Source: an uncultured cyanobacterium
GTDB taxonomy: Bacteria; Cyanobacteriota; Cyanobacteriia; Cyanobacteriales; CAWCAG01
Assembly (NCBI GenBank): GCA_963793425.1
Contig: CAWCAG010000001.1
Location: forward strand, 366,231-430,230
DNA: 64,000 nucleotides
Reading direction: 5' to 3'
How positions within the stretch are numbered: position 1 is the first letter of the stretch; each line of letters begins with the position of its first letter. A model generated the notes under the pieces. It was not told the origin of the DNA. It did not search any database and worked only from the letters and a program-made list of their open reading frames with translations. Positions 21,375 to 31,336 of this stretch are shown in pieces. Position numbers and translations under genes: made by a program.

Positions 21375-24131
21375 TTAGCTATTAACCTTTAACTTAATCT
21401 TTTCAGCATATAAACTCTGCAATCTTTCCAACTTCGCATTAGTTAAAAACAATAAATCTCCTTTACCTAATAAATAAGCTGCTTCTTTTTGTTTGCCTCC
21501 TAAAATGATTTCTGAGTCGGCTTCGCTAGCGGTACGCAAAGCAATTCTGCCTGGTAAATTGGAACGGATAATGGGGGTGACAACACTCGCTTCTGGGCGT
21601 TGGGTGGCAATGATTAAATGAATACCAGCCGCCCTTGCCATTGCCCCTAAACGCTTGATACTCTGTTCTAAGATTTTGCGCGTTTCTTTTTCTACCATGA
21701 AGTCTGCATATTCATCAAAGATGCAAATGATGGGAGGTTCTGGTTTTTTTTGCTGTTGTGCTAGGTGTTGGTTATAGGCAGTTAAGTTGGGGCAAGAGTT
21801 GAGTTCAAAAAGTTGGTAACGACGTTCCATTTCTACTACTAATTTTTCCATTAGTTCAATGGCGCGATCGCTATCTTTAACTACCGGGGAAAGTAGCCAG
21901 GGCATTTTTTCAAATTCCGGGAAAGTAACTCGTTTTGGATCTACTAAAGCAATTTTTAATTGGTTGGGGGGATGGCGATTTAAAAGACTGAGTAGTAATG
22001 CCCGCAAAAACTCACTTTTTCCGCTACCTGTTGTTCCTCCTACCAAGAAATGGCAAGTATTAGAGTCAGCTAAGTTGGCTTCTATTAATTGGTTATTTAA
22101 GTTGATACCAATAGCAATTTTTACTGGGGCGGTGGCGGGAAGAATTTCTGGTTGAATATAAGTTTCAAAGTTGGCAGTTTGGCGTTTGGGGCGGGGTAAA
22201 TCAACGCTAACATAGCCAGCTTGCGGAGTGATTAAGGGAGGATTGTTGATGCCCAATTGTACTTGCAGGTCATCTGCTAATCTTAATAAGGAACTAACTT
22301 TAACTCCTAAGTTAGGTTTGATTTTAACTCTAATGAAAGCTGGCCCTAAAGCCGCCCCTAAGTATTCGACGTTGAGTTTGAAAGATTGTAAAATTGCTAC
22401 TAGTTGTTCACCAATTTTATCGGCTTCTTTGGTTGATTGTGGTTCGGTATTTGTGTTAGTTTCCTCAACTGGTTTTGCTGTAGTTGTTGGCTCATTTTTA
22501 GGAATTACTTGTGGGGCGATAATTGGCTCAGTTTGAGGTGTTGTTTGGGTTTCAGGAATATTAACTTCTACAGTAGGTTGAGATTCTGTAATTGGTGTTT
22601 TTGCTTCAGTTAGATTAGTAGGAAGAGTTGATTCTTGTGTAGGAGCAACTTTGGGTTTAGTAATGGAATTAGCAGTAGTAGATTTTCCTTCAATTAAAGG
22701 AGGATTGGGGAAGAAAGTTCGACACTTTTGTTGTTGCGGACAAAGGGGACAAAGTAACTCTGGTTGAGATGTGGCAGGCGGTGGATTTGGTTGAGATTGT
22801 TGCCAGTTTAACCACTGTTGTATTTGTTGGAGTTTTTCGGGAATAAGTTGATGAATGGTTGCTTCTAATTGTTCCCAGGTTAAAGTTAGTTCTTGCCAAT
22901 CAGGTAAGACAGTATAAACTGCGGAATCTATAGGAACTCCCACCCTATTTTTGAGCATATAACCATAGAGGGCAACTTGTGCCAATTGAGCAGATTTATC
23001 CGGGCTATGGTAGGTTTTATAATCTACGACACAAAGCCGATGTTGAGAAAAGTCATAAACTAAACTATCAAATCTGCCTTTAATTAATTGTTCTTCACCG
23101 TTGCTTAAAAGAAATTTGTAATGAATATCTAATTCTTGGGCAATGAAAGTTTTACTAATAACTTCTTCGGCAGAGCAAAAGCTACGGTTAGTAACGAGTA
23201 ATTCAGCCCAACGTGCAATTAAATTTTGTAATCCTTGCCAAATTGTATATAGAGGCTGTGCTTTAGCCGGATCAACTCTAATAGCATTTTGTAAATAGGG
23301 AAAGAATGCTAATTCATATAATAATTCTTGCATTTTCTGCGCTACTTCTGTGGCGTTTAGTTGTTGGGGAGTAGCTATTAGTAGTTGTTGGAATTGAGTT
23401 TCTTTTTGAATGGAGTTAACAAAGCGATCAGATAGTTGATGAAATATTTTCCCGATGCCAGGAGATTTATTAGGAGGTACGAACATCGTTTTCCCGCCGT
23501 ACTTCTGACCGAGATAAAAAAGACGAGGACATTCAAAAGCTAAACAAACTTTAGTGACACTGAGGGGAGGAAGAGCTTTTTTGATAATATTCCTAAGAGT
23601 TGGTTTTAGCAAGTAATTATGTAATTGTGCTAAATAAACGACATCCATTTGAGCATAGTTTAATTGTGTCGCCGTTAAAGGACGCTTGCCCCAGTCACTC
23701 CCTTGAGGCTCTATATCGGCTGCGGGAAAGTTACATAATTCTGTAGCTAGGGTTTTAAGTTTTAAGTTAGTTACTCCTGGTAATAAGTGGCGATTACTTT
23801 TAGCTAATTTTAAAGTACAAGTAATATTCTTGGCTTTATTTTTGCCTAAAAATCTTAAATCGTAAGCCGCGTTATGAAAAACTTTTTCTATCTGCGGATT
23901 AACCATGATTTGGCTAATAAAATAGTTAATTAAATCCGGTGTTTGTAAAATATCTAAAACATAAGCCTTTTCTCCCGTAACATCTTTAGCATCAACTAAA
24001 GCTTGAATTAAAGAAAGTCGAGGGTTTTTAGTTCGCCAGTCAGCAACTTCTGTATCTAACCACAGCACTTTTGCTTGGGTTAGTTTATTCATCGTTTGCC
24101 AAATGGCTTGAGAGTCAGTTAAGTAAGGCAT
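21375..24131 (-). CDS. Fusion of a DnaQ/RNase D-like 3'-5' exonuclease, a Cas4/RecB-like PD-(D/E)XK nuclease and an FtsK/SpoIIIE motor
   Basis: Exo motifs WLDTE, VFHNAAYD, YAQMD; nuclease GRFD...VVDYKT...QVALY with C...CPLC.....C; FtsK HFLVGGTTGSGKS, LVDPK, IFDEYAD, ARAAGIHLIIATQRP. Confidence 0.88.
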   Translation of the reverse strand: MPYLTDSQAIWQTMNKLTQAKVLWLDTEVADWRTKNPRLSLIQALVDAKDVTGEKAYVLDILQTPDLINYFISQIMVNPQIEKVFHNAAYDLRFLGKNKAKNITCTLKLAKSNRHLLPGVTNLKLKTLATELCNFPAADIEPQGSDWGKRPLTATQLNYAQMDVVYLAQLHNYLLKPTLRNIIKKALPPLSVTKVCLAFECPRLFYLGQKYGGKTMFVPPNKSPGIGKIFHQLSDRFVNSIQKETQFQQLLIATPQQLNATEVAQKMQELLYELAFFPYLQNAIRVDPAKAQPLYTIWQGLQNLIARWAELLVTNRSFCSAEEVISKTFIAQELDIHYKFLLSNGEEQLIKGRFDSLVYDFSQHRLCVVDYKTYHSPDKSAQLAQVALYGYMLKNRVGVPIDSAVYTVLPDWQELTLTWEQLEATIHQLIPEKLQQIQQWLNWQQSQPNPPPATSQPELLCPLCPQQQKCRTFFPNPPLIEGKSTTANSITKPKVAPTQESTLPTNLTEAKTPITESQPTVEVNIPETQTTPQTEPIIAPQVIPKNEPTTTAKPVEETNTNTEPQSTKEADKIGEQLVAILQSFKLNVEYLGAALGPAFIRVKIKPNLGVKVSSLLRLADDLQVQLGINNPPLITPQAGYVSVDLPRPKRQTANFETYIQPEILPATAPVKIAIGINLNNQLIEANLADSNTCHFLVGGTTGSGKSEFLRALLLSLLNRHPPNQLKIALVDPKRVTFPEFEKMPWLLSPVVKDSDRAIELMEKLVVEMERRYQLFELNSCPNLTAYNQHLAQQQKKPEPPIICIFDEYADFMVEKETRKILEQSIKRLGAMARAAGIHLIIATQRPEASVVTPIIRSNLPGRIALRTASEADSEIILGGKQKEAAYLLGKGDLLFLTNAKLERLQSLYAEKIKLKVNS

Positions 24132-24140
24132 TACTTTTAT

Positions 24141-26210
24141 TTATCTTTGAGGAACCCAACAAATTAGTAGTGCTTCCGGCTTTGCACTAGGGTCAAGAAT
24201 TTTAAGCTTCTGTTCTTGACAAAGTTCTTCGATAGCTATTTCTAATTCATCAAGACTCGCTTCGGGAAACTGGACGTTAGCATTCTCAAGTAAGGTGGGT
24301 TTACCCATAAGTTGTTGGCTCATCATTAAGTTCAAGAAAATCTCTTTGATTCTGTCAGATGGCGGTGTTGTCACTACAACTTTTTCTAAAAGTCTTTGCA
24401 ACAACTGACAATTTTCCAAAACTTTCGTTTGTGTAACTAAATTTTCTAATTCTATTAAATCAGGAGTTTCATCACCAACAACTAATTCTCCTGAACGAGC
24501 AGCATTAACCAAACTATGATAAGTTGCCAGATAGCAAACAGATTCTTGATTAGGTTTGTGATGTTGGTGATGGGAATCAATGAAAATCTGTTTATAGAGT
24601 TGATAACCTTTATTATTTGCTGTTCCCAACTTGTTGTCGCGAATTAAAAAGAGAGATTGGCATTGTTTGTCTTTGAGAGCTTTTTTACAAGCCTTCATCA
24701 AATAAGAAAAGCTTGATAAGTTAGCATCTTCGCTCCAAACTACTCCTATTTCAATGCCATTCTCTTTAGCAAATTTAAAAGAATAACTACTGTACTTTCC
24801 CGTTAAAAGCTTTGTTTCAATGTTAGTAACCTGCGAAGCAGCTAAAGCTTCTTGTAGCATTTTGACTAGCTCTGGCGAGGAGAATTGCGATACCTTAGTT
24901 ACTTGCTTTTGAATTTTATTAAATTCTTTTTGCCAAATTAGCTTAAATAAAGCGAGATGTTTATCCTTCTCGTTGCTAGAGTTACTATCACCCCTAACTT
25001 GCTTATCTTTGCCAACCTTGTTGTTCTTAGCAACTTGGTTATCATCACTAACCTGATTGCCACTACCAATTAAATCGTTACTACCAATTAATTTCTCTTT
25101 CAGTTCATTTTTATAATTTTGATATAACTGACTTCCCAACTTCAAAGCCAAACGAGGATTCGTTTTACCACGAAGATGTTTCTCTTCTAGTATTTTCCTG
25201 CTTAAAGGGAATAAGGGAGATTTAGGCGGAGAATCAAGTTGTTGATGCAGAGGGTAAAGTCGGCTGCACCAAAGTGCTTCGGCTTGGTCTAAATTAATTA
25301 GTTTGAGAGTTAATGTGGCTACAATTCTTGCTCGATCTGCTGCTTGAACATATTGGCTATGTTGCCGCCAGGTATCTTTAACCAAACTAATAATAATTAG
25401 AAAGTTTTTAAGATACTGATTATGAATAGTTGAATTAGCGCTGAATAAAGATTGTAAATCTATAAAACCGTCGCTACCAAGAGGAATATTATCTAAGTTG
25501 TCAAAGCAAAGAACTATCGGTTGGGTATCCTGAGCAATCCTACCAAAGTTATCAACAATTTTCTGGGCGGCTTCTTCATTATCGATACTATATTTAACCC
25601 CAATTCTTTTTTTATCTTCATCATCTAAATCATCTCCTTTCAACCAATCGCAACACAGAGGATATAACTCTGGTTGAGTCAGGTTGTAGAGAACAGTAAA
25701 AAACTCCTTAGACTTGTAAATACCAATAGGGTAAGCTGAGCGTAAATTATTAACAAAAAGTTGACGTTCCCCAAGCAACTTAGTAACAACTTTTTGTTCT
25801 TTCCCTTGCAATAAACCTTTTAACCAAAGTAAAAGTTGCGACTCTGCCTGATTTTCTGGTTTATACATCAAGCTATCAACTAAATAGCGCAATGTATGCC
25901 GCCAAATATAGTTGCCATCAGGCCAAGGGCCAATATAAGCAAAAAAAGCTTTAGTATTAAATCGCTTTTTAACTCTCCCTAATAAATAGCTTTTACCCGT
26001 GCCAGAATCCCCAATTAGAAGTAAACTGCGACTACGACCATCTTTACCTACTAAATCAAGGTATCTTTCTATCTCAGTAATCAATTCTCGATGAATAGAA
26101 TCAACAACTAACTCTTGCTTTTGTTCTTCTTTCCAAAAGTTACCTGGTGTTAAAGTTATGGCATCAAAAGGATTAGCTTCTTGGGCAATAAGCTGATCTA
26201 TAGGAGTCAT
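24141..26210 (-). CDS. P-loop (AAA-like) ATPase, RcaG-like, with C-terminal helical/winged-helix extension
   Basis: N-terminal NPF; Walker A GDSGTGKS; Walker B VLCFDNLD; NPR motif. Confidence 0.8.
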   Translation of the reverse strand: MTPIDQLIAQEANPFDAITLTPGNFWKEEQKQELVVDSIHRELITEIERYLDLVGKDGRSRSLLLIGDSGTGKSYLLGRVKKRFNTKAFFAYIGPWPDGNYIWRHTLRYLVDSLMYKPENQAESQLLLWLKGLLQGKEQKVVTKLLGERQLFVNNLRSAYPIGIYKSKEFFTVLYNLTQPELYPLCCDWLKGDDLDDEDKKRIGVKYSIDNEEAAQKIVDNFGRIAQDTQPIVLCFDNLDNIPLGSDGFIDLQSLFSANSTIHNQYLKNFLIIISLVKDTWRQHSQYVQAADRARIVATLTLKLINLDQAEALWCSRLYPLHQQLDSPPKSPLFPLSRKILEEKHLRGKTNPRLALKLGSQLYQNYKNELKEKLIGSNDLIGSGNQVSDDNQVAKNNKVGKDKQVRGDSNSSNEKDKHLALFKLIWQKEFNKIQKQVTKVSQFSSPELVKMLQEALAASQVTNIETKLLTGKYSSYSFKFAKENGIEIGVVWSEDANLSSFSYLMKACKKALKDKQCQSLFLIRDNKLGTANNKGYQLYKQIFIDSHHQHHKPNQESVCYLATYHSLVNAARSGELVVGDETPDLIELENLVTQTKVLENCQLLQRLLEKVVVTTPPSDRIKEIFLNLMMSQQLMGKPTLLENANVQFPEASLDELEIAIEELCQEQKLKILDPSAKPEALLICWVPQR

Positions 26211-26239
26211 AGGAAGAAAAAAATTAGTTTACTGGAAAT

Positions 26240-27493
26240 CTAGCTAACAGAGATAAAAAATAGAGGCCCGCCAATATCTTGAGGAATACCAGCACTCAGC
26301 TCTGTAGAGTTATAAACTCTCGTTTCCTGCAATGCTCCTAACTCAATACGATCATCATTTTCTAAGCGATAAAGAGCTTGATCTAACTCTTCCCTAGAAA
26401 GGGGCGGTTGAAACTTATCTCGCAGGTAAAAAATTGGTAAATAATTATCCAAACTCATTTTATGATCTAAATCTTTAATCGCTTGGAAAATCTCTTCATC
26501 TGTAGGTTTACTCTCTTCAACTTCTACTCTCTTTTCTGCAACTTCTTGCAACGAGAAGAAATGTTGATTAACCTTCTCTAAACAATCTTTTCCTTGAGGA
26601 GTTAGCCAAACTTTTGCCCCTGTTCGCTTAACCTTCATCTCCGCCGTAACTAAACCTTTATCCAAGAAATCTTGCAAAATCTTGTCTCTTACTGCGGCTT
26701 TAGGACTTTTAATTTCACTAGGTTTCGTTTTGCCTGTTTTAGCAATTTTTTCTAATACTTTAAACTCTTTTTCTGAAATTGGTGGTTTATTCCCTTGAGA
26801 GTTTAGTAAATCACTTCCCGGAGGAGCAACTTCTACAGTGGTGATATTTTTTTCTATCTCTGCGGTAACTAAACCTTTATCCAAAAAGTCTCTTAAAATC
26901 TCATCCCTCTCCGCTGCTTTAAGGCTTTTTTTATCAATCTTGAAATTAATCTTGCTCGGCTTCGTATTACCTTTTTTAGCAACTTGCTCTAATACCTTAA
27001 ACTCTTTCTCTGCTAGTGATAATTCCTTCGTTTCCAACTCCAACAAAGCAGTACCAGGAGGAGCAATTTCTACAGTGATAATATTTAGTTCCATCTCTGC
27101 TGAAACTAAATTCTTCTCCAAAAGAACTTGTAGAATTTTATCTCTCACCGCCGCCTTAAACTTTTTAGTTGTCAGGTCGCTTAACTTAGCCTTACCCTTT
27201 TTACCAATCTTTTCTAATACTTCCAACTCCTTAGCTGAAATCGGTAATTGCTTGGCTTCCAAATTCAGTAAAGCATTTCCTGGAGGGGCAATTTCTACAG
27301 TATCAATCTCACGACTAAAATCGACTATCCCCTTTTCCCTTAACTTCTGACAAATTTCGTCCCTTTGTTTGCTGTCAAGTTTGTTTTGTTTACTCTTGGA
27401 CTTAGTTAAAAAAGAACTAAGAGATGCTTCTTGGTTAGAACAAGAAGCCAACTCTAACAAAAACTTCAGTTCAGCAAAATTCTTTGCATCCAT
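26240..27493 (-). CDS. Lys-rich multi-winged-helix DNA-binding protein, RcaD-like, with three internal ~75-aa repeats
   Basis: ELKFLL start; three TVE(I/V)APPG...KE..VLE...KAA.RD.IL...L.K.LV repeats; C-terminal NYLPIFYLR...SREELDQALYRL...GIPQDIGGPLFFI, which I recall from RcaD-annotated cyanobacterial proteins. Confidence 0.65.
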   Translation of the reverse strand: MDAKNFAELKFLLELASCSNQEASLSSFLTKSKSKQNKLDSKQRDEICQKLREKGIVDFSREIDTVEIAPPGNALLNLEAKQLPISAKELEVLEKIGKKGKAKLSDLTTKKFKAAVRDKILQVLLEKNLVSAEMELNIITVEIAPPGTALLELETKELSLAEKEFKVLEQVAKKGNTKPSKINFKIDKKSLKAAERDEILRDFLDKGLVTAEIEKNITTVEVAPPGSDLLNSQGNKPPISEKEFKVLEKIAKTGKTKPSEIKSPKAAVRDKILQDFLDKGLVTAEMKVKRTGAKVWLTPQGKDCLEKVNQHFFSLQEVAEKRVEVEESKPTDEEIFQAIKDLDHKMSLDNYLPIFYLRDKFQPPLSREELDQALYRLENDDRIELGALQETRVYNSTELSAGIPQDIGGPLFFISVS

Positions 27494-27571
27494 AAGATGA
27501 GCGTCGCCTTACTTATATAGCTACAAGTTAATTTAACCTGATTTATGTGAAAAAGATAGGGGACGGGGTTG

Positions 27572-27610
27572 AGTAATAAGTAATAAGTAATAAGTAATAA
27601 GTAATAAGTA
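27572..27610. repeat. Heptamer tandem repeat (AGTAATA)x5
   Basis: agtaataagtaataagtaataagtaataagtaataagta. Confidence 0.9.
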
Positions 27611-27946
27611 AAACCATTACTTAATCTACTTTGTTATCAGATGTTCGTAATTTACACAACTTCATCTTTATAAATGTCAAGGGGGAAAATTTCCTCAAAA
27701 GAACGCATTTGCGTAGTTTAATGGTAGAATTGAAAAAATCACGCTGCTCTCAGTATGTCTAAAACCAAAACGCAGTCTCTACAACGTCGATATATCCTTA
27801 CCTTAGTTAGTATTTAGCTCTAAAACCAAGCGACTAGAAGCAATTTGAAAATCTAATTTTGAGACTAAGTTGAAAAGTTTTTTTGACGAAAAATACTATA
27901 CATGATATAGGGATAGAAAAGATACCAAAAGCTTTACTTAGCAAAT

Positions 27947-28399
27947 ATGCTTATGAATTTAGAAGTTTCATCTTCTGATAACTTTCTCATCACCCCTGAA
28001 CCTTTATCCCTTGAGCAAGTCTACCAATTAGCAGATGATCCAGGAAATGGGGCTGTTGTGCTAATGAGTGGCATGGTACGTAATAAAACCGAAAACCGTT
28101 CCGTTGCCTACCTCGACTATCAAGCTTACGAACCGATGGCATTGCAAGTATTTGAGCAAATCGCCAAGGAAATTCACCAGAAATGGCCAGAAGTTAAACG
28201 AGTAGTCATTCACCATCGCATCGGTAAACTAAAAATTGGCGAAATCAGCGTCTTAATCGCCATCGGTTCCCCCCATAGAGCAGCAGCATTTGCCGCTTGC
28301 AGCTATGGCATTGATACCTTGAAATATAATGCGCCAGTTTGGAAAAAAGAATATTGGCAGGATGGTTCTTCTACCTGGGTTGTACCAAATCCGGCTTAG
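27947..28399 (+). CDS. moaE: Molybdopterin synthase catalytic subunit
   Basis: GAVVLMSGMVR, Y.AYEPMA, HHRIGKL, SPHR and LK..APVWKKE. Confidence 0.93.
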   Translation: MLMNLEVSSSDNFLITPEPLSLEQVYQLADDPGNGAVVLMSGMVRNKTENRSVAYLDYQAYEPMALQVFEQIAKEIHQKWPEVKRVVIHHRIGKLKIGEISVLIAIGSPHRAAAFAACSYGIDTLKYNAPVWKKEYWQDGSSTWVVPNPA

Positions 28400-28621
28400 C
28401 TGCACAGATTTTTTGTAGAGAAGTTGACGTACCTCAATGCCCATATAATCACTTTCTGGAGCAAGTGAACAACGCCTGGGAAAATTTTCTAGAGTCAACA
28501 TAATCTCGTAACATCCTCTCACCCAGGAATAAGCTCTTTGGGGAGAATCTTCCTTGAGCCAAAGAAAAATTCTTTCGATATCTGCCACAGCAGTAGGAGA
28601 GATTTCAATCTGGTAGACCAT
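28253..28621 (-). pseudogene. RelE/ParE-family toxin, apparently 3'-truncated and reading through into the moaE antisense strand
   Basis: The first ~71 aa are ParE-like (A.ADIE.I..WL...SP..A...LENFPRR...VRQLLY). The rest overlaps moaE by 147 nt and is not toxin-like. Confidence 0.65.
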
Positions 28622-28892
28622 GCTTATCCTTAAACTGTTGAAAAGCCTCCTTCAAAGGAAGACCTTCTCCTTGCTCAAACTCCTCAATACTTTTGCGGAT
28701 ACCTGCAATAGACTCAAGCAACTCAAGACGCTCCATTAGTTGCTGATAGCTATGAGCATCTTGAACAACCGCAGCAGCTTTACCGTTGACAGTAAGAACC
28801 ATAGGAGACTTAGTTTCTTTGAGCTTGACGAGGAAGGCTTTAGCACCTCGCTGAAATTCAGAAAGAGGATAAATATCACGAAGATTAAGCAT
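28605..28892 (-). CDS. Phd/YefM family antitoxin
   Basis: IYPLSEFQR...PMVLTVNGKAAAVVQDA.SYQ; overlaps the toxin start. Confidence 0.88.
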   Translation of the reverse strand: MLNLRDIYPLSEFQRGAKAFLVKLKETKSPMVLTVNGKAAAVVQDAHSYQQLMERLELLESIAGIRKSIEEFEQGEGLPLKEAFQQFKDKHGLPD

Positions 28893-29069
28893 AATATTAT
28901 CAAAAAATAATCTAATAATTTGATGCTAACAGTTAGAAATTCTTTTGTCTAACTCAATTGGTTGTCCCTGAACAACTGAATAAATCCGGCGATCGCATCT
29001 TATTTGTATTAACGTGAACTACCAAACGAGAAATTTGGCTATGATGAAGTTGAATCAGCTAAATCGGTA

Positions 29070-29369
29070 ATGACAGAAAACAAGAAAACAGTAATGGTTT
29101 GCCAACATTGTTCTTGCCTTGAGAAGGGTTCAGCAGAGGTTTTGGCTGCTTTTCAAGCGGCTGACTTGCCAGAAGAAGTTGAGATAGTTGCTTCTGATTG
29201 TCAGGGACAATGTAGTGTTAGCCCGACGGTAAGAATCCTGCCAGAAGAAACTTGGTATTGTCGAGTCAAACCAGAAGATGTCCCCTTGATTATCGAAGAA
29301 AATCTCCGCAAAAACCAGCGAGTGCAATCTAAACTAAACCCCAGCATCCATAGACGCTTCCACTTCTAA
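29070..29369 (+). CDS. Thioredoxin-like (2Fe-2S) ferredoxin
   Basis: VCQHCSC...CQGQC..PTV...WY..V.PEDV..I. Confidence 0.85.
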   Translation: MTENKKTVMVCQHCSCLEKGSAEVLAAFQAADLPEEVEIVASDCQGQCSVSPTVRILPEETWYCRVKPEDVPLIIEENLRKNQRVQSKLNPSIHRRFHF

Positions 29370-29384
29370 CCATTAGCTAGCAAA

Positions 29385-30212
29385 TTAAAGAATTTTTTCC
29401 AAACCATAAACCAAAGACTTCAGTTGAGTAACTTTGCGAATGGATAACAAAACTCCGGGCATATAACAGGAACGGTTGGAGGTATCGTGGCGGAGGGTGT
29501 AAATTTGCCCTGGCGCACCAAAAATCACCTCTTGGTGAGCAATTAAACCTGGTAAGCGGACGCTATGAATGCGGATATTATCATCAGCAACACTGCCCCT
29601 TGCCCCTGGTAACTTCTCGCTTTCTTCCACTTCAGGAGAATTGTAAGTTTTACCTAAACCCGATAACATTTGCGCTGTCTTAATCGCTGTACCACTGGGG
29701 GCATCTGCTTTTTGGTTGTGGTGTAATTCAATAATTTCTACGTGATCAAAATATTGAGAAGCTTGAATGGCCGCTTGTTGTAACAACACCATACCAATAG
29801 CAAAATTGGGAATAATTAAGGCCCCGGTACTAGCTTTTTCCGCAAACTCTGCTAACTCTTGAATTTGCTTCTCACTTAAACCTGTTGTCCCCACCACCGG
29901 ACGAACTCCATAGGCGATCGCAGACCTAACGTTCTCATAAACCCCATCAGGATGAGTGAAATCTACCATTACCCCCTGGACTTTTTCTTGGGTAGCTAAT
30001 ACCAAAATACTTTGTAAATCATTAACAATCGGTACTTCTAACTCCCCGCACCCAGCCACTTCTCCCACATCTTGTCCTTGAACATGGGAGTTTCTATCCA
30101 CAGCCCCCAGCAGCATCATATCTTCTGCTTCGGAAACAGCCCGAACAACTTCGCGCCCCATTTTGCCCGCTGCACCGTTGATAACTACAGGAATAGGAGA
30201 TTCATTAGCCAT
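29385..30212 (-). CDS. dapB: 4-hydroxy-tetrahydrodipicolinate reductase
   Basis: GAAGKMG, DFT.P, VGTTG and [17 protein letters not shown]. Confidence 0.97.
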   Translation of the reverse strand: MANESPIPVVINGAAGKMGREVVRAVSEAEDMMLLGAVDRNSHVQGQDVGEVAGCGELEVPIVNDLQSILVLATQEKVQGVMVDFTHPDGVYENVRSAIAYGVRPVVGTTGLSEKQIQELAEFAEKASTGALIIPNFAIGMVLLQQAAIQASQYFDHVEIIELHHNQKADAPSGTAIKTAQMLSGLGKTYNSPEVEESEKLPGARGSVADDNIRIHSVRLPGLIAHQEVIFGAPGQIYTLRHDTSNRSCYMPGVLLSIRKVTQLKSLVYGLEKIL

Positions 30213-30397
30213 AATTAAAATAAATATTTGAGCTTAACTTCGTAGAGTTTTAAGCTTACCAAAAGAGGTAGTCGGTAATCCACAAGATAATTTGCTTAAC
30301 TAGAGTTTAAACTAGCCACAAACCATCCTACCAATTGCCAACTACCTCGCTTGTTTCATCCAGAAAGGATTAAGAGAAGCTGTTCAGTTCAGTTTTT

Positions 30398-31153
30398 TTA
30401 AGAACGGCGATAGGGTACTTTATCAAGGCTGATATTCATCGCAGAAACCCTGGGCATATTACCAGCCTTGGGGTTAATATTGCGTGCCATATCCAAAAAT
30501 TGATTAGGAGAACCCGCCACAGCCTTCTTATCTTGGGGAGTGAAGGTACGCACTTCGTTTTGCCAGATAATTTGGGGGAAACCCAACTTGGCACGATAGT
30601 AATCATCGTAGCGAGGAGATTTGATATTAAAAGGTCGTTCGCCCTCTTCACGGCCAGGAAGTATCCGACGGCGTTGGAAAGGAACGGTATCATAGCCAAA
30701 GTTCTCTAAATACTCATCGCTATCTAGAAGCTGATCAACCAATCCCTTAATCCCTTTAGTAGCAACTACAATAGACCAAGCAATTTTCTCTCGCTCATTG
30801 TAGGGTTCACGTCCCAAAACTTTTTGGATACAGTGTTCTACAAAACGGTAGTTGCTGTTCTTCTCATAGAAGCTATTTCTGTAGGTTTCAGAAAGTAACA
30901 GTCCGCGAATGAAATCCCGTACTGTAATCTGACCATTACGAAGTTGTGACTCTAGAACAGACTCGCGGTCTGCTTTAAAAGCATGGAAGAATATTTGACG
31001 ATAAGCTGCTTCAATTAGCTCATCCATCGCTACAGAAGAAAGTATATCTTCTGTAGAATAAATCTTCGGCTGTTCGTCACCTGGAACCAGATATCCAGCC
31101 ACACGCTGATTTTGGCTTTTGGGCGCGTATTCTAAAAGTGGAATAGCCACCAA
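30398..31153 (-). CDS. cpcG: Phycobilisome rod-core linker
   Basis: [35 protein letters not shown]; hydrophilic C-terminus, so CpcG rather than CpcL. Confidence 0.93.
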   Translation of the reverse strand: MVAIPLLEYAPKSQNQRVAGYLVPGDEQPKIYSTEDILSSVAMDELIEAAYRQIFFHAFKADRESVLESQLRNGQITVRDFIRGLLLSETYRNSFYEKNSNYRFVEHCIQKVLGREPYNEREKIAWSIVVATKGIKGLVDQLLDSDEYLENFGYDTVPFQRRRILPGREEGERPFNIKSPRYDDYYRAKLGFPQIIWQNEVRTFTPQDKKAVAGSPNQFLDMARNINPKAGNMPRVSAMNISLDKVPYRRS

Positions 31154-31336
31154 TTAACCTCCAAAATATAAGTAAAAGTTTGCAAAGTTTAATCCCAATC
31201 ATAAGCTAGGAAGGGACTCTCTATAGATTGAGTGACTAATCACAATCTTGATTCTTGAATTAACTTCATTTATCTTTACCTTTCTTCACCTAAAACTAGT
31301 AGTTAGTGGCTCTTTTTCTGAGCAAGTTGTTCTTCC

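Noticed and set aside
22680..23560. Cas4-like domain as part of the CRISPR system
   Set aside because: It is fused within the FtsK protein about 39 kb from the array, with no cas1/cas2 nearby.
26838..27350. 170-aa plus-strand ORF
   Set aside because: Antisense shadow of the repetitive Lys/Glu-rich RcaD-like gene.
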